Assembly (NCBI RefSeq): GCF_009914755.1
Contig: NC_060937.1
From: the human T2T-CHM13v2.0 reference genome, Homo sapiens
Direction: 5' to 3' (one strand)
Length of the DNA: 64,000 nt
Shown here: positions 44,480 through 59,075 of the stretch, one piece after another
Position numbering within the stretch: position 1 is the stretch's first letter
How the letters are laid out: the number at the start of each line of letters is the position of its first letter
The notes under the pieces: generated by a model
Told to the model about the DNA's origin: nothing
The model's database searches: none
Seen by the model: the letters and a program-made list of their open reading frames with translations, nothing else
Position numbers and translations under genes: made by a program

Positions 44480-44786
44480 GTTTTGTTTGTCTGTTTGTTT
44501 TTTAGAGACAGAGTCTTGCTCTGTCACCCAGGCTGAAGGGCAGTGCACCATCATGGCTTACTGCAGCCTTGAACTCCTGGGCTCAAGTGATCCTCCCACC
44601 TCAGCCTCCCAAGTAGCTGAGAAGACAGGCATGTACCATCACACTCGATTTTTTGTTTGAATTTTTTTGTAGGGACAGGATCTTGCTATATTTCCCAGGC
44701 TGGTTTCAAACTCCTGGGCTCAAGTGATCCTGCTACCTTGGCCTCCCAAAATGTTGGAATTACAGATATGAGCCACACACCTGGCC
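44480..44786 (-). mobile_element. AluJ, antisense
   Basis: T-rich tail, agagacagagtcttgctctgtc...cacacctggcc. Confidence 0.92.
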
Positions 44787-45610
44787 TGTAGTAGAAATTC
44801 CTTTTAGTTACTGCTTTTAAAAATATTTGATCACTAGCTGAGTGTTACACAATTTGAAACCTGAGTATTTCTATTTGGCTATCAGTTCGGCATTAGCTCT
44901 GAATAGACAACCCACGTTGAAGGGTGAGTGTTATTTGGTTAGATCTTTAGTGGGTTGATAGTTTCAGTTTCCAACTTGTTCAACACCTCAGATGGAGAAA
45001 AATAATTTCTGAAATAAAGAATTATTGCCTTTTTTTTAAACAAATGGAAAGTGGAGAAAACCCCTTAAAACATACATTATTTATCACCATAATCCCATGA
45101 GGAGGATGTTACAATAAATGAGGGAACAAAATCACGAGGAATAAGAAAACTTTGAAGGTAGGATTAGAGTTCACAACCTTTAAATTGTTGAAATTTGTGC
45201 CAAAAATTCTGACAATGCAACAGTTGCCCCTTCTATACTTTCTCCTTAAACATGATGTTTTCCTGTTCAGTGTTACGCCAATTTGTTCTCTAAAGGGACT
45301 TTTGAATAGCAGTGACTTAGTAGGTGATTATATTCCAATGCTTCACCATTTTGTCTTGATTTGTCATGTTCGTATCAGATTTCCAGCCTTGAGCCTGGTG
45401 TTAAGGTCTGTGAATCCTGACATCTGTGACCTGAGCTGAGAGTTCTTTCCTTTACCCTCTTGAAATGTTAGTGGGGGCACTGGCACTGACTCTCTCCACT
45501 GAGATAAGAGCCTGGCAGTGAAATAGCTCAGTGGAGGTGAAACCCTTGTAAAACACAGAGCTGAGGCATAATAGTTTTAAGGTGAACAGAGGTCACCGCT
45601 CCTGAGAGCT

Positions 45611-45630
45611 CGGCGAGGTGGCGCTGATAA
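45611..45630 (+). promoter_or_regulatory. Candidate CTCF site next to a GATA motif in unique DNA
   Basis: CGGCGAGGTGGCGC followed by TGATAA; several retained CpGs in otherwise CpG-poor DNA. Confidence 0.4.
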
Positions 45631-47044
45631 CACCTACAGAAACCTTGGTTGTGTAGTGCACTGGTAATTGTAGTCTCTTTGTGAAGAAATCACTGATTAA
45701 GGTTTATGCAGATAACATTCCAGATTTTTCCTGTGTCTAAGTTTGGCACTTTTGAAAATGGCATGAAATCTGTCAAGTCACCAGGGTGCCATTTTTGAAA
45801 TTACTACTACAATGAACTAAGTGGCACCTCACAGGATTTACCCAATGTTCAAAAATTGTTCTTCTAATTAAAGGATAAAACCATTTGATAAACTCCTAGG
45901 AATAATTTAAGTTCTAGGCGAACCCAACTATTTCAGGCCTGCTTTTGTCAAAGTCCTTCCCCCTAGGACCCTAAGTGAACTCTGAAATTTTTTAATTAAC
46001 AGGTTTTTTTGTAAGAAGTCCTTAAAAGGTATTATTCTCCTTCCATCTCTGAAAATGCATGCACACATACACACTTTGTAGAGTTCACTTTAAAGGTTTC
46101 TGGTTAAGGACGATCCCAGCTTCAAAAAGAGCTTGAAAGGGGTTTGAGACAGTGAGAGAAAAAGAGAGGAGAGCAACACAGGAGGTGCCATCTCAAAACC
46201 TGTAGATCATTTGTATTTAGGATGTGATCTGTAAGTTTAGACAGGAGTGGCTAAAGGCAGAAGGAAGGAATATTTATTTTCTAAAGACTTGTATATGTTT
46301 AATATGGAGGACAGTTCTTTCAGTAGTTGCCTGGATTAGAGATTGTTAAGTAAATGGCCAAACTAAGTAGCCAAAATTGGGTCACCTAAATTGGGTGGCA
46401 TTGCTTGCATGCTTGGCCTAGAAGAGCCTCAAAGCTTTCCAGGGTATCAATCCTCTAGAATAACAAAGGACTAAAGGGGAAAAAGTCATCTGACTGGCAA
46501 CTATTTATTCAGAAATATTCCCAGGGGCTATGCATGCTTCAAGAAGTATAGACTAAACATTTTTTCTTTCACATAATGAGGAAATTGAGCCAGTCACACT
46601 GTCAGAGCAGCTGTGACCAAGGAAGCTCACCAAGACCTGGGCAAGCACTTACAAGATCCTCAGGCAATGTGCGTGCTGTCTGTTAGAAAGTGAGGAGTTT
46701 GGGAAGACAAATGCACGCATCTCCACAGTGTTTTTCTCAGGATGGAAAGGCAACAATGTCTCTGAGACAAAGGCAGCTCAGAATACATTGCCTCACTCTT
46801 GCTTGGGTTTTGTTGAAACTTATTGCCAATATGCCATTTGACACAAAAACTCTTTAAAATTGAATTAAGGCTAATAAACATAAAAAAGGCAAGGAGGTGT
46901 ATAATTACTTCTGTTCTCTCTACTAGTATCTCATTCTACATAGTTCCGTTTGTTTCTGAAACCTAAAATTTTCATATGGATCAGAACACAGTGCTGTGGG
47001 GTTTTTTCTTTTTTTTTTTTTTTGTTAACTAAAGAATCTGTTTA

Positions 47045-47225
47045 GGGGGGTAGGGGGGCAAGGGGAGGGAGAGCATTAGAACAAATCCCTAATGCATGTG
47101 GATATTAAAATCCAGATGACAGGTTGATAGGTGCAGCAAACCACCATGGCACATGTATACCTATGTAATAAACCTGCATGTTCTTCACATGTATCCCGGA
47201 ACTTAAAGTAAAATTTAAAAAAATA
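47045..47225 (+). mobile_element. Short 5'-truncated L1PA 3' end
   Basis: G-rich 3'UTR, ggtgcagcaaaccaccatggcacatg, A-tail; TSD aagaatctgttta / aagaatccattta. Confidence 0.92.
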
Positions 47226-48008
47226 AGAATCCATTTAAAGATAAATATTCTGAGATATGCTTATTTAGTTTCCCCAGTTTCCACCCTGAAATGAAGTCTA
47301 CGTTACACTTGGAGTCTTCTGCTGAAATGTTTAAGGTCAAACAATGTTTAATAAATTGTCAGTCTTATCTGAGAAAAGTCACCCCTCTACCCCTGTCTTT
47401 CCATTTACTACATTTTTCTATATGAGGAATGCCATATCTGAACAATCCATTTTAAAAATAAACAAAACTCTGTGGGTGGCTGATCTTAGATTGTGCCCAA
47501 GGTTCATCTTTGTATCTGCCCTAATCTGTGTTGTCTTCCAGTCACAATGCTTTGCCAGCCCTTGAATGGAAGTCACTCATGTGGGAAACAGAAAATCCAT
47601 CTTTCAATTGTCCCAGAAGGTTCTTTCTCAACATGAATGTTTCTATAAGTTGTTTATATCCCGTTGACTGTAACGCTATTACCTCGATTGGGAACAGATG
47701 TTGGTATGTTGTGAAAAACTAATATTCATCTCAAAAATTTCATTTAGATCATTGTACATGAACACCCAGAGATAAATGCAGGGCTGAGGTAATAGGATAT
47801 AAGACCATGAAAAAATTCAGAAATAGCTTACTTTTGCTATGTGCTTTATCTTCTGGAAGTAGAAGCAACACACATTGCCAAAAATTGATTGGGAATTAAT
47901 TAGAAAATTCCATGACCTGAATCAAATGATAAATTATGAGAAAATAATTTTTTTCCATACCTTGCAAGATTGTACTTCCCTGGTAATATCTGTTTTATTA
48001 TATAGTGT

Positions 48009-48146
48009 TGCTATGGTTTGCATGTGCCCCCCCAAAGTTTGAGAGGTGGAAACTTAATTTGCAGTGAAACAGTGTTGAGTGGTACAACTCGTAAGAGGTG
48101 ATTAGGTCATCAGGGCTCTGCCCGCACTGAATGGATTAACACCCTT
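48009..48146 (+). mobile_element. Truncated MST-type MaLR LTR (5' part)
   Basis: tgctatggtttgcatgtgccccccc...gaggtgattaggtcatcagggctctgccc...aatggattaa. Confidence 0.75.
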
Positions 48147-48756
48147 AATCAACATCATTTATTTTATATGCAGTTTTAGTTCAAGTCTACTTATAAAGAC
48201 ACATACAGTCTTTGATATACTGCCCAATAGTAACTAACAAAACCAAATGCTTTGTGGAGTTAACCAAATAAAGGGTGGATTTTAAGGTTATGATTAAAAT
48301 GAATAATAATGCCTACCACATTTTGACCAACATGGACAGATTGTCGAAGGGTTCCAGGACCAGTGCTGTGCTATCAGACTGTGATATTAGTTGTCCACCA
48401 GAGGCCATTCATTATTCAAGGCCAGGAAAGATTAATGAGGCCACAAAAGGAGTAGGGTATGACCTTATTCAAAAAAGATGTTTGAATCTAGGTATCAAAA
48501 ACGTGAATGGCATTAGTTGTAAGACATCTGACAAGAGGAATTTTAAAACAAGCTTTAGTATGAAAAGGGTCCTCAGGAGAGGCCAAAGATGAGCACTGGT
48601 TATCCTGGACAGGAGCCATTTGCTCCCAGAAACTCAGCAATATACCTCCAATCAACCACTGGTAAGACTCCAGCTGGTTTACTCCACCACCATCTTGATG
48701 TTTGAACTCTAAAAAAAAAAAAAAAAAAAGAGAGAGAGAGAGAGAAAGATTTTGAA

Positions 48757-48889
48757 GGCCAAGCATGGTAGCACATGCCTGTAATCCCAGCTACTAGGGA
48801 GGCTGAGGCAGGAGGATCATTTGAGGCTAGGAGTTTGAGACCAGCCTAGGCAACATAGCCAGACCCTGTCTCTAATAAATAAATAAATA
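48757..48889 (+). mobile_element. FLAM monomer
   Basis: Single arm ending gaccctgtctc(taaa)n; TSD gattttgaa. Confidence 0.88.
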
Positions 48890-49447
48890 CGATTTTGAAC
48901 TTAGAATAAGTATAAAATCATCAAAGAGAAACTCTATTTGTTACCAGGATTGCCCCAGTTTCACCATGCTGTAATCAGTATGAGGTAGTGATAATTCAAA
49001 TAAAGATTGAAGGTATTTTTCTTCACCTGCTGTTTGTAGGGACTTTTCCAGTAAAAATACCCATGAAGAACATAGGTATCAGAGCCATACTTTTGTGGTA
49101 GAGAATTAAATCATAGAAGTTATTTTTTTAGAATTAAAAAGAGACCTAAGGTATCTGATACAACTTCCTTGTTTTACAGATAAAAAATAAATTTGGAGAA
49201 GCTGAATGTTTTCTCTAAGGACACACAGCAAGTTAGTGGGAGGCTGGTAAGTTTGAGGTGGGGAGCTCTGAAATTGTGTTATCTAAATATGTGTCCCATC
49301 TTCACTACTGGGTCACTGTGTTACCATAAGCATGTTCCTTACTTTATCTGGGTTTCAATTTCTTTACCTGAAAAATAGGTGTGATAATAAAAACAAATGT
49401 AGTAAAACATTAGTGTAAGAAGAGACTCATTAAAACATACAAACACT

Positions 49448-49792
49448 ATATTAGTCCATTTTCACACTTCTATAAAGACATACCCAAGAATGGGTAATTT
49501 ATAAAGAAAAGAGATTTAATTGACTCAAAGTTCCACATGGCTGGGGAGGCCTCAGGAAACTTACATTCATGGTGGAAGGGGAAGCAGACACATCTTACAT
49601 GGCAGCAGGCAAGACAGCATGTGAAAGACGCAAAGGGGGAAAAGCCTCTTATAAAGCCTCAGATCTCACGAGAATTCATTCACTATCATGAGAACAGCAA
49701 GAGGGAACTGCCCCCATATCCAATCACTTCCCACCAGGTCACTCCCTAAACACCTGGGGATTACAATTCAACATGAGACACAAAGCCTAACA
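49448..49792 (-). mobile_element. THE1D/MSTA-like MaLR LTR
   Basis: tattagtccattttcacac...gggtaatttataaagaaaagag...ggattacaattcaacatgag. Confidence 0.88.
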
Positions 49793-49824
49793 CTAAATTA
49801 TTTATTTTTAACCTAAGACATATA

Positions 49825-50761
<937 letters not shown>

Positions 50762-50849
50762 TAATTTTGAGAAGTAAATACAATGATGAGTCAGTCAAAA
50801 TACAGCATTCTTTTAGAGTTTTATAATTTCCAATTTTGTAGTTTGTTGT

Positions 50850-51216
50850 TTCACATTGTCTATTGAGGCTACTATAATAAAATATCATAAACAAGGTAGC
50901 TTATAAATGACAGTGATTTATTTCTCATAGTTCTAGAAGCTGAGAAATCTGAGACCAAGAAGGCACTATCAGATTCTATGCCTAATGAGGGCCATTCCCT
51001 GGTTCATAGATGCTGCCTTCTAGCTTTGTCCTCATGTAGTGTGAGGGGCTGGGCTGCTCTCTGGGGCCTCTTTTATAAGGGTGCTAATCCCATTCATGAG
51101 GATTCTCTTCCATGACATAAACACATTCCAAAGGTCCCATATCCTAACACCAGCACATTGGTGATTAGGTTTCAACATATGAATTTTGAAGGGACACAAA
51201 CATTTGGACCAAAGCA
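50850..51216 (-). mobile_element. MST/MLT1A-type MaLR LTR
   Basis: tttatttctcatagttctagaagctgag...gggacacaaacatttggaccaaagca. Confidence 0.85.
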
Positions 51217-51960
51217 CACCTCTACCTAATTCAACAGCATTAAAAACGTAAATTATATTAATTGAATCCTTCCAATATAGTTAACTTAGTTCTTACAAAA
51301 ACAATCTTTATGCTATTAAAATTCTTATTTGATTGAATTTTGTTATATTTAATGAAAATACACAATTGCATTCATAAGTACAACTGATATAATCAAATTG
51401 GGTCCAAACACCCCCAACTCTCTTGACAACATCCATCTCAACTTGCAGGAGCAAAACTGATCAGCTTCCTGGAGGTGGGCCCACTCTCTGGAGCTGTCAG
51501 GGTACTGTAAGTATGTCAGTGTGCTTTACAGACGGAATGGAGAAAGCCAAGTAATCTTTTAAATTCAAGTGGTTAAGGAAATTTCTACTGAAAGCTTATA
51601 GAACAATGCCAACATATATAAAGCACTGAACAAATGTTAGCTATTAATATACAAGCTTAGAACTCATTTCTCCTGACTTCTTGTCAGGAAATAAATAGAC
51701 ACTTGTAGATTGATACTGTTCTTTGTTCTATGTTCTTTTTGTGCATTGATATTCACAATTAACTTTTACCTCCTATTAACTACATTAATAAAAAATTATC
51801 AGTGATTACATTATATGCCCTGTGTTTGCTGCAACAGTAAAGACTGGGAATCAATTCTAGAATCTTGCTGGTCTCCATGATATGAGAAAAAATATTTTCA
51901 TTTTTTAAATAGTTGATTTCTTTTTTCTCTAAATTAAAATGCATATGTTTAAAAGTAAAA

Positions 51961-52400
51961 TACCATATTACACCAATTGTAAGATGCACATTTTTTCACA
52001 TTAGTATCTTTGAAATCTGAATGCCTTCTTACTGTCTATGACATCTTATAATTGCAGTGGACCGGGTGGCAATCATAACACAGTGACACTGTCTGCACAT
52101 TTACACTTCTAAAAAGTACCAACATCAAAATTCAGAAGTGACAGCAACTTGGAAAAAAAACACAGAATCAATAGTGTATCACTCTTTAGAGGAGTACTGC
52201 ATCACCAATGATCTCAATAGCACAGAGAGCACTATTGCAGGGAAAAATACAAGCACCGACAACGCTGAGTTGAAGTAATTCAGGAGAATTTGACACTTTA
52301 GGAATACCTTACCCAATTTATTTCACTTATATTTTTAGTTTTCATTTATGCACAGGAATTATGCATGATTAAAAAATACTAATCTACTAATCCAAATAAA
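51961..52400. mobile_element. TcMar-Tc2 (Kanga/MER104-like) DNA transposon fragment
   Basis: taccatattacaccaattgtaagatgcacattttttcacatt...tgaaatc terminal motif. Confidence 0.6.
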
Positions 52401-52479
52401 TAGAAAAGAGCCCTTTCATTAATATTATATAAAGACTGCAATGATTTCTGATAATAGTGGAGTAACTGGTATCAAAGTA

Positions 52480-53200
52480 GTGCTTCTCTCATGAACAAGC
52501 AGTAGGTCAAATATATGAGGCAACTGTATTGAGACAGTGGACCACAAGCAGTACAAGAGTGTGATCCCTGAGAAGAGGAACTCGGGATGTGAGCCTCACA
52601 ACTGCCCAGCTGTCTGACTCGGGACAAATTCCTGACTAGAGGGCAATGAGTTGCTTTGCAAGCAGATCGTGTTAGTTCATCCCAACTGAGGAGGCAGAGA
52701 TCACAGCAGGAGCAGATGAAGCGGCTGGAATCTACAGGGCAGGACTGCAGAGGAGGAAGCTGCAGAGAGAGGGGACTCCAAAAGTTTGGAGTGGGTCTTT
52801 TGCTAATGGTTGTGCTATGCATGGTCAGAGTAAGATTAAGAAGCTGCTTCAGGGTGCAACATTGGAAAGAGATTAGTGGTCAAGTTCTGCTTGTAAAAAT
52901 GTTGTTAACACCTTGGATATCCTCCAGAGACGCCAAAAGGCCGCATCTTAGAAGTAAGCGCTGTGCCCTATTCCATACCCACCCAACAAAGCCAAAAACA
53001 AAACCCCAGCAAGATCTGTAGGAAGACAGAGTTCAGAGGCTTAGTCCCATCAGGTTAGAGAGATCTGGAAAACACCTTGGCTTTTCCAAATATCTGCCCT
53101 AACAAAGTATATCACTAAGGTTACAGTTACACAATGCAAGATGATCACACAATAATTGAACTGTAGACTAGCAGTTTAAAACAAAAGAAACCTTCTTCAG
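52480..53200 (+). mobile_element. Old L1M 5'-region-like fragment
   Basis: gtgatccctgagaagagg, gactagagggca, cttagaagtaagcgctgtgcc; weak resemblance. Confidence 0.45.
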
Positions 53201-53205
53201 ATTTA

Positions 53206-53459
53206 AGGAGTCCCCAATCCCCAGGCCACAGACGGGTACCAGGATCAGCTTGGACAACAGCTCACTGCACTCTAGTCAGGAATTTGTCCCCAGTCAGATA
53301 GCTGGGCTCACATTCCAAGTTCCTTTTTCAGGGCTTACATTCTTGCACTGCTCGTAGTACACAGTTTCATCCCAAAACCGCCCCCCACCACCCCTCGTCC
53401 ATGGAAAAATTGTCTTCCATGAAACCAACCCCTGGTGCCAAAAAGCTTGGGGACCGCTG
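53206..53459. mobile_element. MER1-like hAT-Charlie element whose centre is replaced by foreign sequence
   Basis: aggagtccccaatccccaggccacagac ... tccatggaaaaattgtcttccatgaaacc...gccaaaaagcttggggaccgctg. Confidence 0.85.
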
Positions 53460-53464
53460 CCGAT

Positions 53465-53960
53465 AACATGCAGCCAACACAATTTTGAAACCAAAAAACA
53501 AGCTAGAATAATTATACCATCTGATTTCAAGACTTACTACAAAGTGACAGTAATCACTTTCTGATACTGTGTCACACTGAGACAATGTGATAATGATGTA
53601 ATGACAGACAAAATAGTCCAAAATACCTCCACACATATATAGTCAATTGATTTTTGACAAAAGCCCCAAGGTAATGTGATAAAGAAACACATTGATTTCG
53701 TCAAATGGTGCTGAAACCACTAGATATCTGGTGCGGAAGAAAATGAACTTTGATCTCTTTCTCACACCATACACAAAAATTAATTTTATATTCATCATAT
53801 CTAAATTTAGAAATGAAAACAATAAAATTCCCAGGAGAAAATATAGGTGAAAACCTTCGTAAACTTGATATAGCCAAAGATTTCTTAAACAGGATTGAAG
53901 AGACACTAATCGCAAAAGAAAAAAATGAGAAATTGGACTTTATCCAAAGGAAAATTCTCA
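53465..53960 (+). mobile_element. Old L1M ORF2 3' fragment
   Basis: ctgatttcaagacttactacaaag, caattgatttttgacaaaag, ctcacaccatacacaaaaattaa. Confidence 0.75.
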
Positions 53961-55993
53961 GACAAGGCTAGGATTAGGAGAAGGCAAACAAAGCCAAATT
54001 TGTGCAAGTGCAGAGTCAGTTTTTGTCTTTATTTTAACATTTGGTATTTTTTCCATTGTAACTTTTTACATTAAATTTGATTTTTAAAATATTGCATTAA
54101 AATATTATCTATATCTATCTCTATCCTAGAGTCAGTGAGACCTTCTGGCTCTGTTCTTTCTTCCTACGCTGTAGTCTGAAAGTGTTCTTCAATCAGTAAA
54201 CTGGGGCAATCATAGGGCTCCCTTATTTGTGTTCCTTTTCTCAGGAATCACTGTTACATTCTACCTCTGGCACAGTAGCTAAACACCATTATTTCATAGG
54301 TGTTGTCCAGTTTTCCAGTTGTTTAAGGAAGGAGGGTACTTCTGGTCACTTAACTTTACTGTAGCTGGAAGCAGACATACTTGCAAGAGTTTTGAAATGT
54401 ATTTTTAACTCTAATATTTATATCTTTAAAGCTCAGTGACTACGGCACACTTTGCCATGTAGTCAATTTATACTGGTTTAAAATACATGACTATCAAAAT
54501 TATTCTAACAATATTATCCTCTTTAATCTATATTAAACTTTTGCAAGTGGCCTAGTGACCATTTCTTTCATTATGTTGCTCTTTTTAAAAAAAAGGTCCA
54601 AAATATTTGGCAATGACTTGTAAGATTGCTATGTGAAACACATTGGAATGAAGTTATAAAATGTGCGAGCATGTGACACATGACTATCTAGAACATGATT
54701 CATGATTAAACACACTGGAAATTGCTAGGTTCCTTGAATGATAAAGAAATTATTTCCATTCCATTGATTTGTGGAGGGAGGTATATTTTCTTTGCATGAA
54801 GGAGACTAGAGAACTTTTGAGAGATTCAGTTTACTTTTTTCTGTTGCTACAGAAACCTTGAAAGATATTTTATCTGTACTTCTCAAGCCAGGAAAAAAGT
54901 GCAAGGTCAAAGAGCTTAACTCGGCTCAGAGGTGGGGGGACAGTTGCCCTCAGACTGCAGGTCACTTACCTAGGATCAGGAGAGGGGGTAAAAATGGGAA
55001 GGATGAATGCAGGTTCAAGTGCGTTTAACTATGGAGTGGAGACCAAAGAAATCAGCCACAGTAAAAGTGTAACCCAACACCTACTTCTCTCCCTTAGTGG
55101 GTACTTGGATACTCCATCAAGGGGAAGAGATTGTTTTCATTCTGTTGTGATCAGCAGCATGCATTTACTAAGAGAGAGCAATAATTGCATCATAAAAAAT
55201 TATTTGTATTCATACTGTGTCCCTGGAGACTTAAGACATTATTTAGATTGGTTTAGATTAAGAAAATTATCTTCTTACTTCCCCTTACTGACCAAACATA
55301 GAACTATGTTAAGCATCCACTAGCACTGCTGCAACATGTGTTTATGCGGAAGAAACTGCCATTAGATGAGGTATAAAGAGGTCCACTCATTCTTAAAATG
55401 ATTCTGTTCTCTTCTGCCTGCTGAAGCTGCCAGCCGCCTGCCAATTGTGATGTACTTTATGACATGGACACGGGGAGCTAGACAAAGATCACCAATTAAT
55501 TTCCTTCCCAACAAATGACAAAACATATCATGAAACAGAATCACTTAAACCAGTGGCCACTGGGTCTTGGCTTCTACCCCAGAAGCAACAGTCTTTTTCC
55601 TTTTTGATGACCGATTTAAACTTGGAAGGAACTCAACTCCTGCACCCATGGCCACAGCTGTTTAAGCTTGGTCTTTACAATGGATTCCATGATAGAATGT
55701 GAATTTAGAAGAAAGGGTAGAGCTCATCTGATACAAACTTCCTAATTTACGGAAGAGCTCACCAACATCCATCGAGGATAAATGACTTGCACAAAATCAC
55801 TACAATGAGTTAAAGCTCTATTACTCCCAAATTTTTCTAGTTATTTTAGTTAGTGAGAACTTTTTTTACTTGCCTTACCCAGACTATACAATATTACAGA
55901 AAACATATTTTTACCCAAATTATGAAACTAGTTTGCAAACATGTGCTTGGGTTTCTTTATAACCAGATTAAGGTATTAACAATCAAGAAAAGA

Positions 55994-56359
<366 letters not shown>

Positions 56360-57056
56360 TTAATCTATGTTTTAAGGAGGATACAAAACCAATTTAGGAG
56401 AGCCTCAGGTATCAGCCATGTATTACTGCAGGAGCAAAATAAAACAAAAATGAAACTCAGCAGGAGAAACAACAAGTGATTTGATCTCAAAATTTTGTGG
56501 GCTGACTGGGCAGTTGTTCTGTTGGTCTCACCTGGACTCTGTGGCTTCAGTAAGCAGCTTGGTTGGTGCTGAATGCTCTAATGCTGGGGCTATCACGTAT
56601 CTCGGGTCTAAGATGGGGTGTCTAAAGTGACAGAGATGGCCAAGCCTCTGGCCATTTGGTCTTTTATCCCAGGTTTCTTAATGTTATGGCAGAAGCATTC
56701 CAAAAAAGCAAGAGCAAAGCCACGAGTCCCCCTTGAGAACCCACAGCATCCAATTTACTTTGATCTTTTTAAAATTGTTTCAGTAAATTTTGGGGGAACA
56801 GGTGGTGTTTAGTAACATGAATTAGTTCTTTAGTGGTGATTTCTGAGATTTTGGTGCACCCGTCACCCAAGCAATGTACACCATATCCAATGTGTAGTCT
56901 TTTTATCCCTCACTCCCCTCCCAACCTTTCCTCGAGTCCCCCAAGTCCATGATATAATTCTTATGCCTTTGCATCCTCATAGCTTAGCTCCCACTTATAA
57001 ATGTGAACATACAATGTTTTCCATTCCTGAGTAACTTCACTTGAAATAATGGTCTC

Positions 57057-58666
57057 TACCAAACTGCCTAAAGCAATCTACAAATTCAATGCAATTTCCA
57101 TCGAAATATCACCATCATTCTTCATAGAATTAGAAAAAACAACCCTAAAATACATATAGAGCCAAAAATAGCCTGCATAGCCAAAGCAAGGCTAAGCAAA
57201 AAGAATAAATCTGGAGGCTTCACACGACCTGATTTCAAACTATACTATAAGGCCATAATTACCAAAACAGCATGGTACTGGTATAAATAAAGGCACATAG
57301 ACCAGTGGAACAGAATAGAGAACCCAGAAATAAACCCAAATACTTACAGCCAGCTGAACTTCAACAAAGCAAACAAAAACATAATGTAGAAAAAGGACAC
57401 CCTTTTCAACAAGTGGTGCTGTGATAATTGGCTAGCCACATGTAGGAGAATGAAACTGGATCCTCATCTCTCACATTATGCAAAAATCAACTCAAGATGG
57501 AATGAGACTTAAATTTCAGACCTGAAGGTATAAAAATTCTGGAAGATAACACTGGAAAACCCTTCTAGACATTGGCTTAGGCAAGGATTTCATGACCAAG
57601 AACCCAAAAGCAAATGCAATAAAAACAAAGATAAATAGCTGGGACTTAATTAAACTAAAGAGCTTTTGCATGCAAAAGGAACAATCAGCAGAGTAAGCAA
57701 ACAATCCACAGAGTGGGAGAAAATCTTCACAATCTGTACATCTGACCAAGGACTAATATCCAGAATCTACAACAAACTCAAACAAATTAGCAAGAAAAAA
57801 AAAAAGCAAACAATCCCATCAAAAAATGGGCTAAGGACATGAATAGACAATTCTCAAAAGAAGATATACAAATGGCCAAAAAACATATGAAAAAATGCTC
57901 AACATCACTAACGATCAGGGAAATGCAAATCAAAACCACCATGCAATACCACCTTACTCCTGCATGAATGGCCATAATCAAAAAAATCAAAAAACAGTGG
58001 ATGTTGGCATGGATGCAGTGATCAGGGAACATTTCTATACTGCTGGTCGGAGTGTAAACTAGTACGGCCACTATGGAAAACAGTGTGAAGATTCCTTAAA
58101 GAATTAAAAGTAAATCTACCATTTGATAGAGCAATCCTACAGGGTATCTACCCAGAGGAAAAGAAGTCATTATACGAAAAAGATACTTGCACATGCATGT
58201 TTATAGCAGCACAATTCGCAACTGCAAAATTCTGGAACCAATCCAAATGCCCATCAATCAACTAGTGGATAAAGAAACTGTGACACACACACACACACAC
58301 AATGGAATACTACTCAGCCATAAAAAGGAATGAATTTCCAGCATTTGCAGCAACCTTGATGAGATTGGAGACTATTATTCTAAGTGAAGTAACTCAGGAA
58401 CGAAAAATCAAACATCGTATATTCTCATTGATAATGCGGGAGCTAAGCTACGACGACTCAAAGGCATAGGAATAATACAATGGACTTTGGGGACTTGAGA
58501 GGAAGGGTGGGAGGGAGGCTAGGGATAAAAGACTACAAATAGGGTGCAGTGTATACTGCTCGGGTGATGGGTACACCAAAATCTCACAAATCACCACTAA
58601 ACAACTTATTCATGTAATCAAGCAACACCTGTACTCCAATACCTATGGAAAAATAAAAAATAAAAG
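57057..58666 (+). mobile_element. 5'-truncated L1PB inserted antiparallel in the 3' end of the host L1PB
   Basis: Sense ORF2 C-terminus, 3'UTR and A-tail; TSD-like aaataatggtctc / gaataagggtttc. Confidence 0.9.
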
Positions 58667-58782
58667 AATAAGGGTTTCCAATTCCATCCAGGATGTCTGT
58701 ACATACCATTATTTTGTTCCTTTTTATGGCTGAGTAGTTTTATATGAGAGAGAGAGAGAAAGAGAGGAAGAGAGATACTATA

Positions 58783-59075
<293 letters not shown>

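Noticed and set aside
48275-48592. 105-aa plus-strand ORF
   Set aside because: Non-ATG start and no recognisable similarity
57057-58666. Twin-priming inversion of a single L1
   Set aside because: The inner piece has its own 3'UTR, A-tail and TSD and duplicates sequence also present in the host, so it is a separate insertion
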